From Takakia lepidozioides (Eukaryota; Plantae; Bryophyta), in the NCBI GenBank assembly GCA_030704615.1, contig CM060734.1:59024001-59088000 (forward strand): a stretch of DNA of 64,000 nt, read 5' to 3'. Numbering within the stretch: position 1 is the stretch's first letter; every line of letters starts with the position of its first letter. Made by a program: the position numbers and the translations under genes. This document shows, piece by piece, positions 51,437-62,991 of this stretch. A model generated the notes under the pieces. That model had not been told where the DNA came from. It worked only from the letters and a program-made list of their open reading frames with translations, and ran no database searches.

Positions 51437-52413
51437 ACCCTACTTTCAGGCCGAAATAATATGGTGCTAGCCTCTCATAACAACAGTAACAACCAAATTT
51501 GCTGCTTTTTCATGCTAACGTCAGAACATTTCATCAACCTAACCCACAGGAGACAAAATTAACTAAACAAGTCAACATCATGCAAGCTTCAGTCCAGCCC
51601 TCCGTAGTGAACGGTTCCCCCTCCTCAACAAAGATAGCCTCACCTTATCAAACCTGTTGTCCCACCATTGTGAAGGATCTGAGAAGTCGTCCTGCCAGAG
51701 CCATTCCTGCTCGTTGGTTGGCCTGGGTCCAAGACCTGCAGGAACATGAGAATGTTGCTTGCTTTTAATTGCCTCAGTCTCTATTGATGAACGCTAGTAC
51801 AGCTTCGAGCAACAGTGGTCTCTTTTCTGAATGCAGTCAAAACATACCAAAAACATTGCCTGCTGAAGAGTTACTGAGGCAACCAAGCTGATTGCAGTGA
51901 TACTCACATTCCTCCATAGCCAGTGTTTGACTAGACTCTGTCCTCCCACCAGCACCATATTGCGCTCGAACTTGTACCATGGGAGCTGTCTCTGTCCTCA
52001 CCATTGTGACGTTCAAGCCACCATCAATGCAGATGGGCTCCTTTGTGCACCTATGTTGGATGTCTGGCAGTCTTGGACTTCTCTGTGAAAACCACTAGTG
52101 GACATCTGAGCAGCTAGACTTCAACCGCAGGCTCACATAGACCAGGGTACAAAGCTCCATGCATCTTTTAAATAACAAGGGATGACCTAATGAGGATAAG
52201 CTATTGACAACAATGGTAAAGGCAGGCTTCGCTGCATTTTCTCGACAAGAGTAACGGAAGATGCAATCTAGCATCGAAACGTCATCATGCCAGCTTCAGT
52301 CACCCTGCACATGCTAAATGAAAATAGCCTTACCTCAGCCACCCTGTTCTCCCCGACTGTGAAGCAACTAAAGAAACTCCAGCGAAAACAGTTCTTTGCT
52401 GTTTATTTGGCCT
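51270..52413 (-). other. Two degenerate, intron-split OSB-type PDF motifs upstream of the DYW ORF
   Basis: Half-exons: ~52413-52335 (GQINSKELF..ENRVAE, 1-nt deletion), 52082-51908 (RSPRLPDIQHRCTKEPICIDG), 51735-51644 (EWLWQDDFSDPSQWWDNRFDK), 51338 onward (KTTRSP[del]KCTEEALWVEGWSNPPRVKAEL). Confidence 0.8.
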
Positions 52414-52602
52414 GCATGCAAACACCACTGCAACATAGATCTCTACTCTCTCTCTCACACTATGATCGGCCGTGCAATCATGTAAACGTCGATTGGAGGT
52501 TAAGCTAGTGCAGCCGTGCTGAAATTAACAGTCTTTCTAGCTGATCTGTACATACTAGCCCTCGCATCAGAACTCTCAATGCCGTGGCCCGCAACCAAGA
52601 CT

Positions 52603-52650
<48 letters not shown>

Positions 52651-52668
52651 TCCCCCCTCCCTCTCTCT
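52603..52668 (+). repeat. (CT)n / pyrimidine-rich microsatellite
   Basis: Long ctctctct run with flanking C/T tract. Confidence 0.9.
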
Positions 52669-53469
52669 TTGGCCCTCGGACATTGGGCATGGCGACTGCC
52701 AGTGCGTGCTCCACAGCATTCCAGCTACAAGCATGCGTACCTACACTACAACTCTTCTCCATGTTTTCTCGTTGACGAGTATGCAGGCTGTCTCTGTGCT
52801 TTTTACTTTTCTGTTTTCCGGGCATTCATGCTACCAGAGCGTCTTTCTCCCTTCTCCGCTGACGGTTTTCTATGGCAGCTGGCTTTGTAGAAGGAGCTCG
52901 CAGTTATGGAAACATTAGCTAAAGTTCGCTTACTTTCACCAGCTTCAAGCTGCTGATTATTTGACATTTGATAATTTGAGTCTCTGGGTATTGCTTACTT
53001 GCCAACTTGTGAAAATTTCTCTTTCAGAAATTGGTTGCGGTGTCCAATTCAGATTCCAATAAAAAAGCACTAGGCATCTAATGCTTCAATTTTCAGCTAT
53101 CTGGGTCTCATGCATAAGACGCTCAATTCAGGGGGCGACATGGGCTTGCTCGAGCCCCCTACTACTCTGGTACTGGACTCAGGTTTAAGTGTGGACTGCA
53201 TACAAACACCCTATCTGTGCGTGGGGTGCATGCAGCTCACTGACAGTACAATATAAACTGGCCAATTTAGTGCCTCAAATTAGTCTATGACCATTCCAGC
53301 CTCATGTTTTTGTCGGGGCACACTTCATCCATGTTGCTCGAGTCGCAGTCGCAATTCCTATCTTGGAAGTGCTGAGAATGGTTGGCGTCCTGTACAACAA
53401 CTGCTCACCAAAAGTTTTTGGTGATGTTGGCAGGTAGCTGAGGTTATGCATTGGCGAGCCAGCTATCGT

Positions 53470-53868
53470 GTGGTGCAGTTTGTTGTCAGATTAGATTATC
53501 TTGCTTTTAGTCATGTGGTGACACCACATACCCCAAGTTTGTTGAGGATAGGCCAATGAACCCAAAAGCAATGACTAGCTTCTCACTGTGTCTTCTCACT
53601 GTGTCGTGGCAGAAAGAAAATCCCTCTTGCTCCTCCACCTTGCCATGCAGTACAGAGCATGTGTCAGGCAACCATCCAGACGATTCATCAGTTCAGCATG
53701 TATATCATCAGTTTGTGGACGCCATATGTGTTTGAATCAAAGAGTGTTAGGAATATGGCTGTCAACCCCAGTGCAGCCTCCATCATTTTTACCACATCTC
53801 CATTCCTCCCAACTGCCAACAGCCGAACTCTCCGATAGTAGCACATAGATTCCGGAATATTGTGGATC
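53470..53868 (-). pseudogene. Decayed E2/DYW tail of the 53869-57152 PPR gene
   Basis: Past the TGA: DPQYSGIYVLLS, remnants of PQTDDIHAEL, VLH, a duplicated HSEK (13-bp tandem at 53579-53604), HSEKLVIAFGFI, KLGVCG; many indels. Confidence 0.88.
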
Positions 53869-56800
53869 TCACTTGAGAAGATATTTTGCTACACGTTCTG
53901 CTCTCTCCAGATCCCCTTGAGTTCTACAGGCACCGTTCAAGGCCCACCACACCCCAGCATCCGGCTTAATTGGCATATCTTTGATGAAGTTTTCTGCCTC
54001 ATCTAATCGCCCTTCACGGCCAAGAAGGTCAACTATGCAGGCAAAATGCTCCACTGTGGGAGTGAGGCCATAATTTCGACTCATGGACTCAAAGTAGTGA
54101 CGGCCTTCATCCACTAAGCCCATATGGCTACAAGCAGAGAGTACAGATGTGAAAGTGATACTGTCTGGCTTCAAGCCTTCTTGTTGCATTTTTTGAAATA
54201 GTTGGAAGGCCTCGGTACCAGCCCCATGCTGAGCATATCCTGTGATCATTGCATTCCATGAGACCACATCTCGGTCAGCTATATTGTCAAAAACTTCACG
54301 TGCATCCTTTATGCTCCCACATTTAGCATACATGTCCACAAGGGCATTCTCCAGATTTATGTACGACAAAATTCTAGCGGTCATGATATCAGCATGGACC
54401 TTTTTGCCAATTTCAAGGGCGCCAATGCTGGCGCACGCATTGAGAACGCAAATGAATGTAACTCTGTCTGGTGAAATCCCTTTCCATATCATTCTCTCGT
54501 ATGTGTCATAAGCCTCCCTACCATACCCATGCTGACTATACCCTGCAATCATCACGTTCCATGAGACCACATCTTGTTCAGCCATCTGGTCGAACACATC
54601 ACTTGCATCCTTTAGGCTCCCACATTTAGCATACATGTCTACAAGGGTATTCTCCAGATTTATATCTGTAGAAATTCCACTTTTGCTGATGTCAGCATGA
54701 ACCTTTCGCCCCTTATCCAGGGCCCCTAGGCTGGCACACGCATTGAGAACACCAATGAATGTGACCTGGTTGGGCATCACCCCTTCCCGTATCATTTGCT
54801 CATACATATCCAAAGCCTCCATACCACAGCCATTCTGAGCATTAGCTGTGATCATAACACTCCATGACACCACATTTCGTTCTGACATCTTGTCAAACAC
54901 TTCCAGTGCATCCTCTACACTCCCACATTTGGCATACATGTCAACAAGGGCAGTCTCCAGAATGACATCAGGCGCAATCCCAGATTTAATGATATCGGCA
55001 TGGACCTCTTTGCCCTTTTCCAGGGCTTGTTCACTACCACATGCCTTGAGAAGGCAAATGAATGTGACCCTATTGGGGGACACCCCTGCTCGTGTCATTT
55101 GCTCATACATATCCAAAGCTTCCCTACCACAACCATGCTGAGCATATCCTCCGATCATTGCACTCCATGAGACCACATTCCGTTCAGCCATCTTGTCAAA
55201 CACTTGACGTGCGTCCTTCATGCTCCCTGATTTTGCATACATGTCAGCAAGGGCAGTCTCCAGAATGATATCTGGCGCAATTCTGGCACTGACGATCTGA
55301 GCATGGACCTCTTTGCCCTTATCCAGGTCTCCAAGGCTGGCACACGCATTGAGAGCACAAATGAACGTGACCCTATTGGGCTTCACCCCTTCCTGTATCA
55401 TTTGTTCATAGATCTTACATGCCTCCCGACCAGATCCATGCTTCACATAGCCTGCCATCATTATAGTGAATGTAGACACATCCCGTTCAGGCATTTGATC
55501 AAACACTTCACGTGCATGCACCACACTTCTGCACTTGGCATACATGTTGACAAGGGTGTTGACTAGGGAGGTTTTTGGCTTGAATACATTGTGCATGATG
55601 TGGGCGTGCAACTGCTTCCCCCCTGCTAGGTTTTTCATTTTGATGCACTCTTGCAACAGGAAGACATAAGTATTCGAGTCTACTGAAATGCCTGGTTGGT
55701 TCAAAATGCGCAGTGCCTCTTTCAGTTGTCCTGCCTTACATAGAGCCATCAAATCTCCACAAGTGTCTGGAGAATTCTTGTGAACTCCGACTTTCTGTCC
55801 GCTTTCAGAAACAGTGGTCATGGTAGATGTGCCAAACTGATTCAACCCCTGACTGGACCCTGCCATCCTGCATGCACCAAACAGCTGGAGTTAGAAAATT
55901 TTACACTCAAAACCCAAAATACACCTGCCCAAGCAGTGAACCATCAGAAGGGAGACAGGCTTGATGCTACATATTAACAGGGTTCAAAAAGCCCAACTCT
56001 ATATGTTTGAGTTGGAACCCTTCAACCCTCAAGAAAACAATACCCGTTGTGATCACAGCCTGGGCTTCCATGTTGTGCATCGACAAGAAAATGAGCGCCA
56101 GATTGTGTTCGACCTTGCACCATTGTAGAGAGTTCCGCGTTCACCCACGCAGGGTTCGAGCAACCGTCAATCCAGAGGGCCTCCTGTGTGCGCTTATGTC
56201 TGAAATCCGGCGAACTCGGATTTTCCTGTGAAAAATAGCAGTGGGCAGCATGAGTAGCCATAACTTCAGCCACAGCCTCGCTAGACCAGTCTAGTGCCAC
56301 TCAAGTTACAAGCATTATTCAAATCACAGGGAACAACTTTGAGCAAACTCTTTCCACCTGTGGAGAGGAACAAGATGAAGACTTGACAATAATTTTAAGA
56401 ACAGGAGATATAATCCAAGTCACAAAACAATGTGCCAGCTTCAGTCACAAACCCCCTTGAGAAACTCGTTCAAGATGGCCTCACCTTTTCAAACCGGTTG
56501 TCCCACCACTGGGAAGGATCTGAGAAGAACTCCTGCCAGAGCAGTTCTTTGCTCACTGCTTGGCCTGCGTGCAAGCACTGAATTAACATGAGGGGACAGG
56601 GGCTATGGGTGAACCCCTCATCATGTGAAGAGAAACCTGGTGAATACTTCCACACAAACAGGTTCTCGAAAACGGCCATTGCCGCAAGAAAGACGAGTAA
56701 GTGAAGTCTCTCTCTCTCGACTGCACGCAATAAATGGAAAGAAGATAGATATATGAGACATTTCAAAATTTCCAGCAGATACTACTGAATGAGCTGATAG

Positions 56801-57152
56801 AAGGAGGAATGCATCGATTACACTGCTGAATGACATGCTGGGTTGGATTAAGGACAAAATGGCGCCTGGATCACACCGCCGCAATCAGATTAGACCCAAC
56901 AGCGTCCGAAAATATTCGCGTGTCTGTACCTTTCTTCCATATCCCTAGAGGCTGGGGAGGTGTCATAGCGATTACTGGCAAAGGTCTTGCACCCTCTATC
57001 GGCAAGCTGGATACCCATCTCCCCTCCGCAGCTAGGCCGGTCAATCTGCTGCATGATGTGAAGCTTGCTGCCCATCTTCCGGAGGGAGAAGACAAGGCCC
57101 TCGGCACGGCCTCTCCCTGCACGCTCAGGAGAGCGACCGCCCGCGCGGCCAT
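53869..57152 (-). CDS. Predicted PDF-motif/PLS-PPR fusion protein (exons 57152-56930, 56564-56485, 56225-56044, 55867-53869; 827 aa): transit-peptide-like leader, intact PDF motif, 17 PPR motifs, E1
   Basis: Exon lengths 223+80+182+1999 = 2484 nt with intron phases 1, 0, 2 all compatible and GT-AG ends. Spliced motif ELLWQEFFSDPSQWWDNRFEK|ENPSSPDFRHKRTQEALWIDGCSNPAWVNAEL. PPR exon is very secure; exon 1 is the least certain. Confidence 0.8.
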
Positions 57153-57992
57153 CCTTAGTCCTTCGATGAGAGGGCCAAGATGACAGCACCTAGGAGACGC
57201 ATGCTTTCGTTGTGCTCTCCCGATAGAGCTGGAGACTTAGCTCTGGGACAAAAGCTTCATGACTTTTAGAATATTGACGGAAATGATCAAGGTAAATCAT
57301 CAATGACCTTTGCAGAACATGTTGATAGAGGATACTTATTAGAAGCAGCCTAACAATGAGGTTCGAATTTGTCACAGATTTATGGACTCTGCAAGATCTC
57401 ACTGGAGAGATGAGATTGGCAGCAATTGGGCTTAGCAGTGAGAGCTCTGAGGGAAGCAGCAGGTGAATCAGAGCCTGTTAACTCATAACTCTTCCTTCAC
57501 ATGACTGGAACCATACATGTCTGTGAAATGTTGTAGACTGGAGAACTGAAACCCCTCAATCTCTTGGCGCCTCTTTCTGCCAAAGGCAATACAACCTGAA
57601 TCCTAGGTTTGGCACTCAGAGACGAAAAACTCTATGCTTAGAAGTGTTGTCAGGATAGTAATTGCTAGTCTACTTTATCTTGATACAACTTAGCTTAAGG
57701 GTAGTGGTCTGATCTTGGGGCTTCTCTTGTTCAACATTTTTTTATGCAAAATTTTACACGACAATTTTCTGCATGCCTACTATACCCTTGCAAATTCTGT
57801 TGACAAAGTTCTGGGAAACTGCTGCCATTGATGATCATATCTAATGGTGATCATTACACAGGCGCAGCTCCTGACAGTGGTACTCCATCACATAGCTAGT
57901 TTCTTCAACTTTTCTGTGCTTACAACAACATAAATTTTTTGCACCCTCACGATCCACCATTCAAGTGACGCACTTTCTGCATGCTGCTCATT

Positions 57993-58965
57993 TCACCAGT
58001 AATTCCCACAAGAAGGAAAACCCATCTTGGAAGTGGTACAAGCTGTTGGAATGACTGCTCGCCACACAATCTTCGAGCTGAACTTGATGGCAGTGTGGCA
58101 CTCACCACACACCCAAAGTTTCTTTGTGATGTGGATAGGCGTCCCATGGAATAATCCCAAAAGCAATGGCCAGCCTCTTGCTGTCAAGGCACGGAGAGAG
58201 TTCCTTAATCTTGTCCACACCATGGTGTGTATCAGGCACATACTTGGCCTCCGTCATAGATCCAGACACTATGTTCAGTTCAGAATGAATTTACCCAATT
58301 CTTGGGAACAATGTCTTCTGTGACGGAAGTATGTACCTTGTTGTCCACCTCCGTGTGGCTTCTTTTCTGACGCTGTCCTCCATTAGTTTGCTTTAACAAC
58401 CAACCAGTCAGCATAAGCTGTGGCGTCCGGATCCCACTTGTCCAGGCATTTTTCTCATGTACTGCACACGATATCACTATGAACTTGGTAGGCACCAAGC
58501 AAGGCCCCTCAACCTTTGCAATTGGTTCAGTTGGACTTTTCTTTAGTAGGTCCCTTCACCTCATCCACTTGGACTTGACAGCCAAGAAGGGCCCCTATAC
58601 AGCCAAAATACTCCACTGTGGAGTGAGGCCATCATCTTGATACATTGAAACCGAAGCAGTGATGCCCTTCCTCCACTAGGCCCACAGAGGAGACATAAAG
58701 GTGACACCATTTGGCCTCAAGCCTTCCTGTTGCATTTGCTCAAATAATCGGAGGGCCTCTTACCGGACCTCTTCGCATTTTTCCACTCCTGGGATGGCAA
58801 ACAAGAATGTGAGCCTGTCAGGGGTCACCTCTTCCAGCTGCATTTGGGCATAGAATCTGAAAGACTTCTCAGCAAGCCCATGCTCGTTACATCATCATAG
58901 TCAACGTAACCATATCTCTTTAGGACATAGTGTCAAACAATTGTTGTGCATCTACCACACTGTTG
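57993..58965 (-). pseudogene. PPR-DYW pseudogene (third tandem paralog)
   Basis: Frameshifted remnants SVVDAQQLFDTM, LFEQMQQEGLRPNGVTF, GLVEEG, ALLGA, EVDNKVHT, KKLWVCGECHTAIKFSSKI, SCGNYW*; large internal deletions. Confidence 0.9.
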
Positions 58966-60789
58966 ATCGACAGGGTTACAAGCTACTGCAGACTCCTTCT
59001 TTGAAACGAGAGTTAACCACTTAATTCAAAATCAAAACAATACCAAATGTGTTCTTGGCCTGGAGCTGAGATATAATCTACTCCACAAAAAATCATCATG
59101 CCAGTGTGACAGACTATACCCACCGTAAGCACTCAAACCAGGGTGTCATTGATGGCATTTCCAGACTGAGTTTCCATACCTTAGCAGGTTCCAGATCCGA
59201 ATGGCCCCCAAGGTTCGTGATTAGCAACCTGTGCAAGGAAATATCATTGAGAACATGCCCTTATCCACTTCATCCCTCAGTGGATTGACCGTTGTGGCTC
59301 TGCACAGCTCCAGAGGAACCACAGCAATGTGTGTCACATGTGTGGTAACAATCCCGTATTAAGGAGTGAGCTCGAAATCCTTGTACCTCTTGAAACTTGC
59401 CACAATATTTCCGTGGGCAATGCTCATAACTTTCAAGTTCAGAAAAAACGTGATGGGTATTTTCCACAAAACAGACTATCCCGGAGAGAATATCGACGCA
59501 CGCAAGCGGTTGCAACTAAGTACCTTTCTCGTGCAATCAATGAAAAGAAAAGAGAGATATCTACGTACTAAAGGAGCTGATGGAAGGAGAAAACGGGGGT
59601 CCATTGCACTGAGATTCCTCTACAGCCCTGAAGAAACAAACAAACCTTTTCAGTAACTTCATTTGATTTCACTTGTGAGCGTCTCGGAGAGAGCCAATTC
59701 AGATCCACAGCTTGGTTCGTTACTCTGATGAATGCTGTGAGGTTTCCCGACCTTTCACCGCAGTATGGCAGGGCTAGAGCTCCCGCGAGCGCGCTGCCAT
59801 CTTCCTGCGCGCACGCTACAAGAGAAAGCGGAGAAGTATTTTCTGATGGTCTCCGGTTTGTCCAAGGCCTAATGTTTTTTGTGCTTTGAGGAAGAAATAT
59901 GCTGCTAGATCGGAGGAGAACCCTTCCATTGGCTGTGTACATGTAGACTGCATCTAGGGCCCATCCTATGGGTGCCCACGGATTTGTGAATATAAGTTAT
60001 TGTGCTGTTGCTGCTAGACCGGGGCGCTTCACGGTGCTTCTGCCCGCTGGCACATCCCTGCTGATGTAATAATGCTCCAGGAGGCTGGCAGATTGATTGT
60101 TTGCAGCTACTCTGAATGCCTGCCTCTCTGGGTCGATTAGTGTAGCGAGATTTTGTTTTAGCGCAATATGCTTCTGAGAAGAAGCTTCAAAAATTTGGGT
60201 TGAAAAGTTGGGAGGAGAAGCCATGGCAGCGCAAACGTTAGCTAGCCTTGCGGTACTCTACCATGGCCTTGGCCGCATGTTCTCTAGGCATCTCGTTACT
60301 ACTTTTATTCCATGAGTGAATGTCGTTGCCTCACCCCAGCATTTTGGCTACACGGTGACCTTTCTTTGGCCGTGCAGGGGCGATGGGATCAGGCAGAGGA
60401 CTGCAATAACAGTATGCTCCATTGAACCAGTTGTTTGAGTGCGGCACGGTTTGCTCGGTGCCTGTGTGCATTCATTTGCTCAGCACATGAGCTCACAGTA
60501 TTGCTCCGAAGCTCTCGGAGCTTCTCCTAGGTTAACCATCTGAGTAATGCCCATGGATCTTATGCAACCCTAACATTCCAATTCTTCTATAAATCAAAAT
60601 GAGCTCATGATGTGATCTGGTTAAAGGCACCAATCAAAACTCCATATTTCTTCTTGTAACAAAACTCCATTGTTTCGCATGCCTTGAATCTATTGATTTG
60701 ACACCCTTCACGGCATTTGAATATAAATCCATAGACACTAACAACTGGAGGATAGTAGGAAGGCTAGGTCGAGGTGATTGACTTTGTCA

Positions 60790-62110
60790 AAGCCAAGAGC
60801 CCAAAGACTTTCTAGTTTCTACAAGAGTAAAGAGCTACGAACTACGAACCGTGGATGAGATGCCATTGATCGGACAAGAATCCACTTTCTCCCAACCCCA
60901 ACCAAGCTTCCACTCCATTCTCTAACCATTGAGTTTCCTGCTTATGGCCTATTTGTAGGATGTGTCACAAAAGGCTACAAAGGGTGTCTAGTATGCGGTG
61001 CTCATGTAGATGCAAGACACTCTAAAGTTCTAGGCCAAACTATCTATCTAGGTCACCGCAGGCTCTTCCCTCGGGCCCATCCATACCGCAGGAACCACAT
61101 ACACTTCAATGGATAGGTGGAGATACGTGCAAAGCCACCTCCATTCACACAGGTTGAGCAAGAGGCCGCTGGTGTTGAGGTTGAAGGTTATGACCTTGAC
61201 CCCCGTGCTTTTCCTGATGCTGAAGTTCATCCAACCAAGGTTCATGGTATGAAAAGGCGCAGCTGTCTATGGGATTTACCATACTGGATGATACCCCAGG
61301 CTGCACTTGTACTTGTTTAAGTTCAATGTTCTTTGTAAATGGAAAAGGTAGTGCCCATGCAGTGGTTACTTCTTAGTTTCCGAGTGGTAAAATAGCAGTA
61401 CTGCATGTAATTTGGACTTCACATTAATAACTCGTAGAGTGGTAAGAGGTAGTATCCATGATGCTTTGGAAGTTGTTGACATCACTTGAGAGGTTAATAA
61501 TGCACTAAATGAGTTGTTTGAACCACTGAGGAGAGATTGTCATGCATCACAACCACTTTAGAAATGGATGTATATAGTGCTCATAAAGGAATCTGATTTA
61601 TATAGGACTATAATCTGTCGAAATATTCCTGAAATGATGTCACCGATTACAGGATCTGCTGCAACGCTACTTACTGGATCTCATGCATTGCGAAAAGAAT
61701 TTTTGTGAAAACTTGTTGAAGACGATTTTCGGACTGAAGGACACGGTGAAGGTGAGGAACGACATGGAGGTAGTCGGCATCAGACGTCACTCGTGGCTTT
61801 GCCTTGATCCACAGAAACCTTCACGTATCATGAAACCAACAGCACCGTATGTTCTCACTCCTGGTGAAATCACGATATTCCTTGATGCTTTGGGGGCTAT
61901 CAAAATTCCTTCGGGATTTGCAGGTGCATTTCAGAAACACATACACCCATCTAGGAAACATTTGACGACTAGAAAGTCCCATGATTATCACGTTTTAATG
62001 CAACAGATTTTACCTGTGTGTATTTGCCATTGCATGGCTCCAAGCCCACGTGGGGTCATTATGCGTGTGAATCGTATTTTCCGCTGGATTTGTGCCAAAG
62101 TATAGGACCC
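60790..62110 (+). mobile_element. CACTA/En-Spm (Tnp2-like) transposase remnant with probable intron ~61290-61652
   Basis: FPAYGLFVGCVTKGYKGCLVCG, YLGHRR..HPYR, GMKRRSCLWDLPYW, LDLMHCEKNFCENLLKTIFG, APYVLT, KIPSGF, KSHDYHVLMQQILP; in-frame stops present. Confidence 0.9.
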
Positions 62111-62644
62111 TAATGAAATATACTACAACAGATCGCAGTATATCTTACTACCGAGGCGCGTCATGGTTTTCTCGACTTTGACCATGACTTCCCTGTATTT
62201 TTGGACCGAATGGGACTTCATGTAGTCGTTTAAATGACTACGTGACTACGTAGTCCTCTGGGCGACTACTTTGGTAGACGTCGTCATGACTGTATGGCTC
62301 CGCACTAGAGGGAAGGGTGGTCAATGAGCTTGCCACCAAATAGTCACCAAAATGACTTCTAGTACAAGCTTGGTAACCAACAGGTTTAAAAATTTTAAAA
62401 AGTTGCTTATAGGGTTGCCCATTAGAGGGTTGGGACTTGGCCTCTTTTTGGCTTTTTTTTTCTCCTACGCGTTTTCTTAGTAGTATCAAGCCGAGAGATG
62501 AGAGATGGAACGCGATGATCACAAGATATACACAGGCGTGGGATGGAGGCTTTGCAGAACAAATGATGCAGGAAGGGGCAAAGCGCAACCTGCACCGCAA
62601 ATGTGGGCTCTTGGCTCCTGTTAGTACCATGATTTGGTATTCTT

Positions 62645-62915
62645 CCTGATGTTTACAAGGTTCTTGGGAAAGTCAGCTTGGTCATAGGAGTCTGTGTTTC
62701 AATCGACGCCCGCTCAGCTACACCATGGTAGTTCTCATAGACCAATCCGACATGACTACAGACACAAGCAGCAGACACAAGAAGTCCTCTTGGGTTCATG
62801 GTCAGTCAAATCCTCCATGGGTTTCCTAATATTTACAAGGTTCTTGGGAGAGTTAGCTTGGTCTTAGCAAGCCGCATTTCAATCGCGTTTCAATCTTTGT
62901 CCGCTCAGCTGCACC
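62645..62915 (+). repeat. Diverged direct repeat, 180-bp spacing
   Basis: tttacaaggttcttggga.agt.agcttggtc...tttcaatcg...ccgctcagct.cacc.tggt at 62652 and 62832. Confidence 0.7.
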
Positions 62916-62991
62916 GTGGTGAATGTCTGCTGGAAGCATATGCAAGTCAGCATAGGAACTAGTGTGATAAGTAGGGTTGGGTTGTTTGCTG

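Noticed and set aside
34682-58965. Functional cluster of mitochondrion-related genes (Cx9C protein, ATP synthase 6 kDa, rps13, PPRs)
   Set aside because: PPR genes are abundant and tandem, and rps13 is a fragment; co-location is compatible with chance.
59170-59800. 5' exons (leader or PDF) of the 58-kb PPR pseudogene
   Set aside because: An MAAR start and exon-like ends are present, but there is an early stop and no recognisable PDF motif; too weak to call.
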